From Squalus acanthias (Eukaryota): 64,000 nucleotides of DNA. Positions within the stretch are counted from its first letter, which is position 1. Every line of letters begins with the position of its first letter. This document shows, one piece after another, positions 48,853 to 60,765 of this stretch. The stretch is taken from the NCBI GenBank assembly GCA_030390025.1, contig JASTWF010000367.1, positions 310,001-374,000 of the forward strand, written 5' to 3'. Position numbers and translations under genes: made by a program. The notes below the pieces were generated by a model. That model did not search any database. It worked only from the letters and a program-made list of their open reading frames with translations, and had not been told where the DNA came from.

Positions 48853-49146
48853 GGCCCCTGCCATTGCTACAAACACGAATCAACCCAGCACGCAACCCCT
48901 AAGCCGGCCAAGGCACCAATAATTCCAACCACCAGCCATGTATATTTTGAATACAGAAACTTATTTATTGTACAAACTCTGTGTGTGTCAATTCCTCATG
49001 ACAAACTCATAGAAATAAACACAAAAAAACAGTCAATAACATAACTGGTTCTCACAACCTGGAGATAATGTCCAAAACACTAAACAAAAGTTGGGCCATG
49101 AACCTCGGCCTTTAATAAAAAAATGACCAGCATTTTGGCACACCTC

Positions 49147-50916
49147 CTACTTTTTGCCCTTCGAGGGTGATCTCCTTCCCTTGCGCACTTCCCCCCTTCT
49201 AACCCTACTGGTCCTCCGTAATGGGACCTCAGTGGCTGCAGCAAGGCTGGTGGAAGGCTGCTGCTTGTCAGACCCTGACACTGCAGATGCCCCTGAAGGA
49301 CGGCCTCGACCTGTTCTGGGCCTGGAGGGCCCGGCTGCAGACTGCACCAACTCTGCATGGGCGGCAGCAGTCTGTCCTACAGGCGGTGGCAAGTGCAGTG
49401 GAGAAGTGACAGTGTTGGCAGCAGGAATGCTGTCATCGTGAGAGAGGACAGCAACTCCCTGCTCGCCCGACACACTGGCACTCCCACGGGGCAGCACTTC
49501 AGCATCCGGAGCAATTTGCCGGAGAACAGATTGCTGGCCTGCTGCGGCGCGGTGACAGCCCCGGGGACATGTGCACGAACCATCGAGGATGGCAGCAGTC
49601 AGTGCTCGCGTGGCCTCAATCTCAGTCTGCATGAGAGCAGTCTCAGATGGGTTCCTGGCAGCCAGTGACTGAATTGCAGCACTAAGCTTTAGTGTGGCAT
49701 CCGCCTGTGCTACAGCGAAGTGCTCCACACTCCTTGCCAGTGCCTCAATGCATTCGGGCACCCTTCCCACTGCACCCATGAGCTCAGTGTGCATGCCCAC
49801 CGCCTGGCTGTTCATTTCTGCAATCAGCCGCTCCTCCTCTGCGTCCATTGCATTCGGAGTTTCTGGCATACTCTCCCTCTGGGGAGAAGGCTCCCGTTCT
49901 TCCCTCCACCCCCCCATGGCGTGGCTGCAGCCCGCTGGGTCCTGGAGCTTCACCATCATCAGCCCCTTCCCCCTTGCTCCCCTCCGGGGAAGGCGTGTTC
50001 CCAGTGTGGCCATGGGCTTCCTCGGGAGAGGGTGGCACTGATGCTCCGGCTTCCTCTTCCTCCTCAGCTGCAGCATCACTCCCAGTGGCAGCTTCAGGGA
50101 CCATCTCCTCAGCTGGTGAATCACCATCTGAAAGCAGGGAGGTACAAGAGTGGCTTTAGCGTGAGGACAGGGTGGCAGTAAGGGAGGAATAAGTGCAGCG
50201 AGTTAGCAAGTTGGATTGAAAGTGTCAAAGGCTGGTATTGTGAGGGACAAGTGGAAGGACAGAGGACAAAAAGGTGATGACCTTACCATTGCTGTCCACA
50301 ACGGGGTCGGCGTCTCCAGTGGCGACGGGACCGATCACCCGGCTTGCCACAATCCTGTGGACGCGCTCCTCCAGATCGCTGAGGGGTTGCAGCTGAAGCC
50401 GCCCTCCACCCGTCCATTGCTGCTGTCTCCGTTTATGAGCCAGCTTAGCCTGCAAGAAAAAGGACAGCATCTGAGTCAATATGCAGCCATGGTCTTGCCT
50501 GATGTGCCTCCCATAGGTGAATAGCCCTTACTGTATGCAAAGTGTGGAATGTGTGTGTGTGTTTGATGAAAGGGCCATAGGTGTTGCATGAGTGTTGTGC
50601 ATTGGGGTTTTAAGACCCTCTGGCCATAGAGTGAGGTTGAGATGGAGGGATGGAGAGGTATTGAGAAAAAGCCACTCACCCTGACGACCCGAGTGAGGTC
50701 GTTGAACTTTTTGCGGCACTGAACATGGGTCCTGGGCACCATGCTCCTGGAGGAGATGCTCTGAGCCACCTCCCTCCACACTCTTCTGAACTCGCGTGGC
50801 AAAGGCCTCCTGCCACTCTTCGGGAACAGCATGCATCGTCTGCGCTCCACTGCGTCAACCAGAGCATCCAAGGCCCGCTCGGTGAAGCGATGAGCGCGTT
50901 CTCTCACCCTCTCCAT
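49147..50916 (-). pseudogene. Harbinger Myb/SANT-like partner gene of copy A, frameshifted
   Basis: Exons 50916-50680, 50449-50287 and 50127-49147 with GT-AG sites; RF...W.EVA...QCRKKFNDL Myb/SANT motif. The frame shifts in a 7-G run (plus-strand C run 49909-49915) relative to copy B. Confidence 0.8.
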
Positions 50917-51647
50917 GCTTGGCAGCAAAATGGATTACAGGTCTCTCCAGGCTGAGATTCAAGGCTGCAATGAGCAGGGTGTGGCTGGGGAGCAAGTGGC
51001 CCCCCCCCCCGCTTTAAGAAGTGTCCGGCGCCAGTATGTCTGTGTTCCCTCGCTAACTGGCAGCAGCTGCGCTGCGCTCGTGCGCTGAGGTAGCGCCTCA
51101 CTCCTAGGCCTTTGCGCCTTAAGAGAGGTGTGCAGCGCCTAATTTAGCGCTCCACTCACCTCCCGGGGCGGTAAAAGTGAAGTTTCCTGTCAGTGCCGAT
51201 AATTAGCGCCAGGCGCTAATATTTGCGCGCGGACGATATTTGCGCCCCAAATGGGGCGCGACCTAATTTCTACCCCATAGAGTCATAGGGGGAAAAATTC
51301 AGTATCGCCCCATTTGGGGCGCAATTATCGGCCGGGCGCAAAGATTAGCGCCTGGTGCTAATTATCGCCACTGAATGCAAACTTGACTTTTAACGCCCTG
51401 GGAGGTGATTGGAGCGCTAAATCAGGCACTGCACACCTGTCTTAAGGCGCAAAGGCCGAGGAGTGAGGCGCTAACTCAGAGCGCGGGCGCAGCGCAGGTG
51501 ATGTCAGTTAGTGATGGAACACAGACACACTGGCGCCGGCCAGTTCTTAAAGGGAGGGTCGATCTTGCTCTCCAGCCACACCCTGCTCATTGGAGCCTTG
51601 AATCTCGACCTGGAGAGACCTGTGATTACATTTTCAAGCCAAGGACT

Positions 51648-53467
51648 ATGGAGAGGGTGAGAGAACGAGCTCAGCGCTTCAGCGAGCGGGCCTTGGAGGC
51701 TCTGGTTGGCACGGTGGAGCGCAGAAAATCTATACTCTTCCCTGAGAGTGGCAGGAGGCCTTTGCCGCGCGAGTACAGAAGAGTGTGGAGGGAGGTGGCT
51801 CAGAGCGTCTCCTGCAGGAGCATGGTGCCCAGGACCCATGTACAATGCCGAAAAAAGTTCAACGACCTCTCTTGGGTCGTCAGGGTGAGTGGCTTTTTTT
51901 CAATACCTCTCCATCCCTCCATCTCAACCTCACTCTATGGCCAGAGGGTCTTAAAACCCCAATTAACAACACTCATCCAACACCTATGGCCCTTTCATGA
52001 AACACACACACACATTCCACACTTTGCATACAGTAAGGGCTATTCACCTATGGGAGGCACATCAGGCAAGACCATGGCTGCATACAATAAGGGCTATTCA
52101 CCTATGGGAGGCACATCAGGCAAGACCATGGCTGTATATTTACTCAGACGCCGTCCTTTTTCTTGCAGGCCAAGCTGTCTCATAATAGGAGACAGCAGCA
52201 ATGGACGGGTGGAGGGCTGCCTCAGCTGCAACCCCTCAGCGATCTTGAGGGGCACGTCCACAGGATTGTGGCAAGCCAGGTGATCGGTCTCGTCGCCACT
52301 GGAGACGCCGACCCCGTTGTGGACAGCAATGGTAAGGTCATCACCTTTTTGTCCTCTGTCCTTCCACTTGTCCCTCACAACACCAGCCTTTGATACTTTC
52401 AATCCAACTTACTAAATCGCTGCACTTATTCCTCCCTTACTGCCACCCTGTCCTCACGCTAAAGCCACTCTTGTACCTCCCTGCTTTCAGATGGTGATTC
52501 ACCAGCTGAGGAGACGGGCCTTCAAGCTGCCAGTGGAAGTGAAGCTGCAGCCGAGGAGGAAGATGAAGGCGGAGCATCAGTGCCACCCTCTCCCCAGGAA
52601 GCCCATGCCCACACTGAGAACACGCCTTCCCTTGAGGGGAGCAGGGGGGAAGGGTCTGATGATGGTGAAGCTCCAGGGCCCAGCGGGCTGCAGCAACGCC
52701 ATGGGGGTAGTGAAGAACGGGGGCCTTCTCCCCGGAGTGAGAGTATGCCAGCGAGTCCTACTGCACTGGACGCAGAGGAGGAGCGGCTGATCGCTGAAAT
52801 GAACACCCAGGCGGTGGACATGCACACTGAGCTCATGGGTGCAGTGGGAAGGGTGCCCGAATGCATTGAATCACTGGCAAGGAGTGTGGAGCACTTCGCT
52901 GTAGCACAGGCGGATGCCACACTAAAGCTTAGTGCTGCAATTCAGTCACTGGCTGCCGTGATCCCATCTCTGACTGCTCTCATGCAGACTGAGATTGAGG
53001 CCACGCGAGCACTGACTGCTGCCATCCTCGATGGTTCGTTCACATTTCCCCGTGGCTCACACCGCGCCGCAGCAGGCCAGCAATCTGTGCTCCAGCAGAT
53101 TGCTCCGGATGCTGAAGTGCTGCCCCGTGGGAGTGCCAGTGTGTCGGTCGAGCAGGGAGTTGCTGTCCTCTCTCAAGATGACAGCATTCCTGCTGCCAAC
53201 ACTGTCACTTCTCCACTGCACTTGCCACCGCCTGTAGGACAGACTGCTGCCGCCCATGCAGAGTTGGTGCAGTCTGCAGCCGGGCCCTCCAGGCCCAGAA
53301 CTGGTAGAGGCCGTCCTTCAAGGGCATCTGCAGTGTCAGGGTCTGACAATCAGCAGCCTTCCACCAGCCTTGCTGCAGCCACTGAGGTCCCATTACGGAG
53401 GAGCAGTAGGGTAAGAAGGGGGGAAGTGCGCAAGGGAAGGAGATCACCCTCGAAGGGCAAAAAGTAG
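51648..53467 (+). CDS. Harbinger Myb/SANT-like DNA-binding protein of copy B, 458 aa, open after splicing
   Basis: Exons 51648-51884, 52169-52331 and 52491-53467 (phases 0 and 1) join into one frame; splice sites are conserved with copy A. Confidence 0.82.
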
Positions 53468-53777
53468 GAGGTGTGACAAATGTTGGTCATTTTTTTATTA
53501 AAGGCCGAAATTCGTGGTCAAACTTTTGTTTAGTGTTTTGGACATTATCTCCAGGTTGTGAGAACCAGTTATGTTAATGACTGTTTTTTTGTGTTTATTT
53601 CTATTAGTTTGTCATGAAGAAATGACACACACAGAGTTTGTAAAATAAATAAGTTTTTGTATTCAAAATATACATGTTTGGTGTTTGGAATCATTGGTGC
53701 CTTGGCCGGCTTAGGGGTTGCGTGTTGGGTTCATTCATGCTGTTCTCAATGGCAGAAGCCATTTCCACAGCAGGGGC

Positions 53778-54938
53778 CTAGAAGCGGCTTGCTATCAGCC
53801 ATTGACGGACGGCCCTTGCAGTTTGACCATTGTGGGCCGCCCTCACGCCTTGGTGCTGCTGATGATCATCCTCCTCCTCCTCTTCCCCCTCTTCCTCCTC
53901 CTCCTCTGGTGGTGCTCCAAGGCCTGGTGGCATTGGCTGGGTCCTGAGGATTGCCATGTTATGCAGCATGCAGGACACAACTACGAAGTTGGAAACTCGC
54001 TCAGGCGAGTACTGCAGGGCTCCTCCAGGATGGTCCAGACAGCGGAACCGTTGCTTCAGCACGCCGATTGTGTGCTCAACGATGTTCCTGGTAGCTTGAT
54101 GGCTCTCGTTGTACCGCAGCTCAGCAGGGGTGTTGGGCGTACGGAGCGGTGTCATCAGCCAGGTGCTCAGTGGATACCCCTTGTCCCTGAGAAGCCAACC
54201 AACTGGCTGATGCGATGCCTCGAAAAGTTCTGCCACAGTAGTCTGGCGCAGGATGAAAGCATCGTGGCAGCTGCCAGGATAGTGGGCATTGACAGCGAGT
54301 ATCAGCTGTCTGTGGTCACAGACCAACTGAACATTCAAGGAATGGAACCCCTTTCTGTTCCAGAAATCCTCGGCATTCTCATGCGGAGCACGCAAAGCCA
54401 CATGCGTGCAGTCAATGGCGCCCTGCACCATGGGGAAGCCCGCTATCCTCGCAAAGCCCAGAGCGCGTTCATGCTGCTTGTCTGGGGTCATGGGGAAAGA
54501 GATGTACTCTCGTCTCCTTTTAAAGAGGGCATTTGTGAAGTGACGGATTCAGCAATGCTCCGCGAACTGGGAGATATTGGCGAGGTCCCCAGCAGCAGAT
54601 TGAAATGAGCCAGTAGCATAAAAGTTCAGAGCCACTGTGATCTTCACTGCCACCGACAGAGACGTCCTGGACCTCAGTTGAGGCTGCAGATCTGGCTGCA
54701 GCAGGTGCCAGAGCTCAGTGACCACCTCCTTGCTGAAGTGCAGCCTTCGCAAACACTGCTCATCAGACATATGAATGTAGGAGAGCTGGTCACGATATAC
54801 CCTGGGAGGGCAAGCTCTCCTGTACAGACGCCTGTTGGCCCTCCTCCATCTGGCCATCATTGCCACTCTCTCTCTGCGTCTCTGTGTCCTCTGATTCAGC
54901 TGGCGCAGGACGACGCCCCCAATCAGTGCAGCCCCCAA
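53778..54938 (-). pseudogene. Harbinger transposase of copy B, disrupted
   Basis: The ATG of copy A is TTG here; in-frame TGA at 54551-54549 (Cys in copy A); GDKGY changed to RDKGY. Confidence 0.88.
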
Positions 54939-55450
54939 GTCTCTTAGCAAGCAAAGTTATGAAGGCCAAAAACCAAAGTACCAGCGAAGTTATGATCAGT
55001 AGCCAAAACTACCTCACACAGCGTTGACTCAATGCAGAAGTCGCTCTTTCTCTCTCTCCGAATCTCTCTCTCTCTCTCAGAACGAGTGGTGCAAAAATGT
55101 CAACCACAGAGAAAGACAGGAAGAGGCCCCCTTTAAATAGCGCACCCCCCCCAGCCCCACAGCGATTGATAGCGTTCCAGTCTTCCGGTCGTTGGATGCG
55201 CCAGGCGGTAAGGATGGGGGCGCCACTCAATTTCTGCTCCGGGGCGCCACAAGGGCGTTGCACCCTCGTATGACGTCAGAATCTGCGTGCGCAGGAGATC
55301 GCGGCGATTAAGTTTAGCGCCGCCGCAAAATGTCTTGTTAAGTCCGCGAGCGGCGCAAACTTCGGCGCGCCTGCGTGCTAGCTGCTTTGCGCCCCATTAG
55401 CGCCCTCTTAAGGCGCTAACGGGAGGCGCAACCAATTGAATTTTTAGCCC

Positions 55451-55596
55451 ATAGAGTTATACAGCACAGAAAGAGGCCCTTCGGCCCATCGTGTCCACAC
55501 CGGCCATCAAGCCCTGTCTATTCGAATCCCATTTCCCAGCACTTGGCCCGTAACCTTGTATGCTATGGCGTTTCAAGTGCTCATCTAAATGCTTCT
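55451..55596 (-). mobile_element. Short CR1 3'-end fragment whose octamer tail hosts both Harbingers
   Basis: (CATAGAGT)n tail, then tacagcacagaaagaggcccttcggccc...ttcaagtgctcatctaaat, which resembles the reverse complement of the CR1 end at 28177-28243. Confidence 0.8.
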
Positions 55597-55995
55597 AGTC
55601 GAAACACTACACTTACACTAATGGAAAAAGTGCTGCTACGGTGCTCGCGGCAATCTACATTTACAGGAGAGGTGACCATCCTCCTCCAGCACTAGTGGTG
55701 GCCCTGCACTTAAACTAGTGGTGAACGTGGTCGTCCAGTACTAGTGGTTCCATAAACTTACATCAGTGGTGATCCTGCTTCTATCGTACTAGTGGTACCC
55801 CTACATAGACACAAGTTGTGACCGTGCTCCTCTGGTAATAGGATGCCCTACAGTTACAGGAGAGGTGCCAACGCTCTTCCACTGCTATAGCTGATTCTAT
55901 TCCTGTTCGAGCCGCCACTCTTGTTGCACTGACGGTGAAACAACTGCTGCACTATTGGCGATGACCCAACCTTTGCAGCACTGGTGGAACACCTA
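55597..55995. repeat. Degenerate 49-bp minisatellite (continuation of 47040-47170)
   Basis: Units such as tactagtggtacccctacatagacacaagttgtgaccgtgctcctc. Confidence 0.7.
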
Positions 55996-56030
55996 CTGCT
56001 GGGATACAAGTACTGATCTGGTTTTCAGCA

Positions 56031-56491
56031 ATGAAAGAAAGAAAGACTTGCATTTATATAGCGCCTTTGACGACCACCGGACGTCCCAAAGCACTTTAGA
56101 GAGGTATTTATGAAGTGTAGTCACAGTGTTGTAATGTAGGAAACGTGGCAGCCAATTGTCGCAGAGCAAGTCCCAACAATCAGCAATGTGATAATGAACA
56201 GAATTTCTGTTTTTTTTTAGTAACGTTGATTCAGGGTTAAATACTGGATAGGACACTTGGGAAACTCCCCTGCTCTTCTTCGAAATAGTGTCATAAGATC
56301 TTTTACGTCCACCTGAGAGGGCAGACAATGCCGGGGTTTAACATCTCATCCGAAAGGCGGCACCTCCGACGGTGCAGCACGCACTCAATGCTGCACTGGA
56401 GTGTCAGCCTGGATTTTTTCTGCTCAAGTCCCATGGAGTGGAAATTGAACCCACAACCTTCATGATTCAGAGGCGCGGGTGCTACCAACTG
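56031..56491 (-). mobile_element. tRNA-derived Deu-type SINE, second copy
   Basis: Reverse-complement homolog of 34193-34640 with a (GAAA)n tail. Confidence 0.75.
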
Positions 56492-56574
56492 TAGTTGTGT
56501 TATTTCTACTGCTGGGACACGACTACTGATCAGTTTTGCAGCACTGGTGTTATAAGTACTCGGGGCCACAAGTA

Positions 56575-57350
56575 AGAACATAAGAACAAATTAAATAGGA
56601 ACAGGGGCATGCCATTAGGCCCTTCAAGTCTGTTCCGCCACTCTATAAGATCATTGCTGATTTACCTCAACTCCAGATTTCCGCCTTATCCCCATATCCC
56701 TTGATTCAATAGTACCAACAATCTATCCATCTCTGTCTTGAATACACTCAACGCCTGAACTTCCACAGCCCTCTTGGGTGGAAAATTGCAAAGATTCACG
56801 ACACTTTGAGTGAATAAATTTCTACTGCTCACAGTCCTAAATGGCCAACCACTTATTCTGAGACAGTGACGCCTAGTTCTAGACTCCACAGATAGGGGAA
56901 ACATCCTCCCAGCATCTACCCTTTCAACCCCTTAATAATTGTATACGTTTCAATGAGATCAAATCTGATTCTTCTAAACTTTAGAGAATATAGGCCTGGT
57001 CTACTCAATATCTCCTCGTAGAACAATCCCCCATCCAAGGAATCAGTCTAGTAAACCTACGCTGCACTACCTCTGAGGCAAGTATTTCATGCCTTAGATT
57101 AGGAGACCGAAGCTGTACACAGTACTCCAGGTGTGGTCTCACCAAGGCCCTATATAATTGCAGTAAGACTTCTCTAATCTTATACTGCAATCGTTTTGTC
57201 ATAAAGGCTGACATATATTATGTAACTGCAGGTTAATTTTCTGTAATTCTTGTACAAGGACACCCAGGTCCCGGTGAATGTCAATATTTCCCAATCTCTC
57301 ACCATTTAAAAATAATCAGCCTTTTTTTCTACCAAAGTGGATAACATCAC
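56575..57350 (-). mobile_element. Decayed CR1-type LINE 3' fragment
   Basis: (AAGAACAT)n tail; LQLYRALVRPHLEYCVQ and FTQSVVNL motifs on the minus strand. Confidence 0.85.
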
Positions 57351-57469
57351 ATCCCGCCTGTACAGTATATTTCTCTCAAAAACATAGACTGATTGCCTCC
57401 CACAGGCTTCACTTAAGATACAGTCTCCCTCCTACATACGACAAGCTCTTTATCAGCGGCGTTAGATGT

Positions 57470-59650
57470 GAACAGTTCTGTTCCCCAGATATCTCTGTTG
57501 GATACTCATCTTTTCAACATATTTATTAATGATTTGGATGGAGCAAAAGGGTGCTGTAGATCCAAGTTGGAAGATGACACTTACTTCGGATGCATTGTAT
57601 TAGTGCAAATGGGAGCGGGACGTAACCAAAGGAACAGAGACAGATTAAATGTGTGGCAAAATTATGGCAAATCGTGTTCATTGTTCACAAGTATGACTTC
57701 ATCCACTTTGGAAACAAGTAAGAATATTCGAAGTACTTTCGAAATCATGGGCATCTATTAACTGTTGAGGAACAAAAAGGTTTGTGAGTCCCAGTTCACA
57801 AATCATTAAAAACTAGCATACATGTACAAAAAGACTTTCGAAAAGTCCCGCATAAAAGGCTGTTTGCTAAGGTTAATGCTCATGAAATTGAAGGCAAATT
57901 ATTGCCTTGTTTAGGAAATTAGTTGAGCGATAGGTTACAGCGTGTACGGATAATGGGCAGGTAACTTAATTGCCAGGATATGACTAGTGGTTTCCCTGAG
58001 GGATCTGTATTGAGCCTGAAATATTCATCCTAGTTATTAACGATTTAGATGATGGGATTGAGAGCCACATATCCAAGTTTGACGATTACACAGAGATAGG
58101 CAGCATGCAAGCAGTGTAGATGGAAGTATAAAATTACAAAGATATATTAATAGATTAAGTGAATTTTCAAAACTGTGGCAACTGATTTTAAATATAGGCA
58201 AGTGTGAGGTATCAAGTTAGGACCTAAAAACGATAGATCAGAATACTTTCTAAATGGTGAAAAGCTGGAATCAGTGGAGGTCGAAAGAGACTTAAGGGTC
58301 CTTGTACGTATATCATTAAAATGTCGTGGACAGGTGCAGAAAATAAGCAAAAAAGACTAATGTAATGCTGGTATTTATATCTACAGGACTACAAAAAAAC
58401 AGGTAGAAGTTTTGCTACAGCTATACAAAGCCCTGGTTAGACTGTGTTCAGTTCTCGGCACAGCACCTTCGGAAGGAGGTATTAGCCTTAAAGACTGAAG
58501 CGTAGATTTACTCGAATGACACATCGACTCCAAGGGTTAAATTACTAGGAGAGATTACATAAACTATGGTTTCATTCCCTGGAATTTAGAAGATTAATGG
58601 GTGATTTGATAGAAGTTTTCTAGATATTAAGGGGAACTGATAGCGTAGATAAAGTTAAACTATTTCGGATGGTTGGCGAGTCTAGGACTAGGCAGGGCCA
58701 CTAAAGTCAGGGTTCCCTAGATGACGAAATAGATAGAGAATATGATGAAGCAGAAAAAGAGCGTGTATGACAGATAGCAGGTTGCAAAGACATCTGAGAA
58801 TCCGGCTATACATAGAAAGGTAAGAGGAGAAGTGAAAAGGAAAATAAGAGGGGCATAGAGAGTATATGAGAATAGAATGTCAGACAACATAAAAGGTAAT
58901 GCAAAAGTCTTCTATTGCCATATAAATAGTAAAAGGGTAGTAAGAAGAGGGGTGGGGCCGATTAGCTATTTAAAAGGAGACTTGGCATGGAGACAGACGG
59001 TATGGCTGAGGTAATAAACGAATAATTGTATCTGTCTTCAACAAGGAAGAGGATGCTGACATAGACATAATGGAGGAGGAGGTAGTGGAGACACTTGATA
59101 GTGTAGAAACTGAACAAGACGAGGAATTAGAAAGACTGGCTGTACTTAAAGTAGATAAATCACCAGGAGCGGATGGGATGCATCGCACGATGTTGAGGGC
59201 GGAAATCGCGGAGCTCCTGCCATAATATTCCTAACCTCCATAGATACGGGGGTAGTGCCAGATGACTTGGTCTACAGTGGTGTTCCCCAGCGATCCGTTC
59301 TCGGACCACTGTTTTGATTGATATATATTAATGACTTGGACGTGGGTGTACAGGGCACAATTTCAAAATTTGCAGATGACTAAAAACGTGGAAGTATAGT
59401 GAACAGTTAGGAGGAGAGCGATAGGCTTCAGGGAGACATAGACAGGCTGGTGAAATGGCCGGTCACGTGGCAGATGAAATTTAACGCACAATAGTGTGAA
59501 GTGATACATTTTGGAAGAAAGAATGAGGAGAGGACATATAAACTAAAGGGTACAATGACAAAGGGGGTGCACGAACAGAGGGACCTGGGGCTATGTTTGC
59601 TCAAATCGTTGAAGGTGGCAGGGCAGGTTGAGAAAGCAGTTACAAAAGGA
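57470..59650 (+). mobile_element. Stack of old CR1-type LINE ORF2 fragments
   Basis: Repeated degenerate INDLD/KFADD, KSPG.DG and MIHFGRKNEE segments with many stops. Confidence 0.75.
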
Positions 59651-60765
59651 TTACGCCAGAATTCGAAATACGAACAAATCTCAGCTGTTCCTTCTTGCCG
59701 CTTTCAGTGTGAAGTCAGGTCAGAAAAAAGTTGCGTTGAGGGGATTGTAGGGCCCTTACAGAGCACGCCAGATGGTTCTGCTTTTCTAAAGTGAAATTAC
59801 AGGACATGGGCATCATTGGTAAGGCCAGGATTTATTGCCCGTCCCTAGATGACTTGGAGAAAGTGGTTGTCGGCCTTTTCCTTGTACCGCTGGTATTGGT
59901 TTGTTGCAACCGAGTGCCTTCCTAGGCCACTTCAGAGAGCAGTTACGAGTCAACCACTTTGGCTTTGGACTGGGGTCACATATAGGACAGACCTAGTTGC
60001 CCTGACCTGTAGCTTCCGAGGCCATTTCAGAGAGCAGTTAACAATCAATCACGTTGGTGTGGGAGTGGAGTCACAGAGAGGGCCAGCCCTAGTTGCCCTG
60101 AGTTGTGGCTCGCTCGCCCATCTCAGAGACCATTTCAGAGCCAAGCACTGTGCTCGGCCCAGAGGATGCTGAACAACCATCGGTAACGGCTGAATTGTAG
60201 CCTTATGGTTTGAATCTGTTAATTTTAAATCACTGTCCAGTTTCATGATATTTTCTCGAGGATATTTGCCAGGAGCACTGAAGTGGGTATTTTACCCATT
60301 CACACCTTGACCTTCCTGAATCCTTTATGTTTACTCAGTTTTCTAAGTGAAATAATTGGAAGCCCTGAGCCATCTGCTTGGCCTCACTCCCAGCGGGAGG
60401 TTCACCAATGTAGATATCCTTCGGGATCTTCACATATTACAATGGTCACACAAACTGGAATGCAGAGCTGTTTTTTGCCTGAGCTCCACTTTTCACAGGC
60501 GCTGATTTTGAGCGTGTCTCCAGAAGTTGTGGCCGAAATTGGACAAGAGCAGAGGCGCAAAACAAGCGTTATGTCATCGTTCGCCCGTTTCTTTCTTTAT
60601 AAACCCCGATATCCATTCCACTATTTCCAACAGAACCGAATATCAGGCGTGTTGCAAAACGGTTGGCAAATGCGTTTCTCCCAATTTTCCGTCTTCGTCC
60701 AAGTCCAATTTTACTGCCTGTTGCCTCAAATAATCTATTGACCTTGTTTCTCCTACTTTGCACAG

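Larger units (their letters stand above)
47180..51276 (+). mobile_element. PIF/Harbinger DNA transposon, copy A
   Basis: TIRs GGGGTAAAAATT / AATTTCTACCCC; 3-bp TSD ATA; GC-rich palindromic subterminal sequence; convergent transposase and Myb/SANT genes. Confidence 0.93.
51288..55450 (-). mobile_element. PIF/Harbinger DNA transposon, copy B (inverted relative to A)
   Basis: TIRs GGGGGAAAAATTC / GAATTTTTAGCCC; TSD ATA; colinear diverged reverse complement of copy A. Confidence 0.93.

Noticed and set aside
48022..54608. Long antisense ORFs (268 aa and 296 aa) over the transposases
   Set aside because: Shadow frames of GC-rich coding sequence with no motifs.
47180..55450. Assembly fold-back artefact or a single palindromic duplication
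   Set aside because: The arms are clearly diverged, carry private lesions and each has its own TSD.
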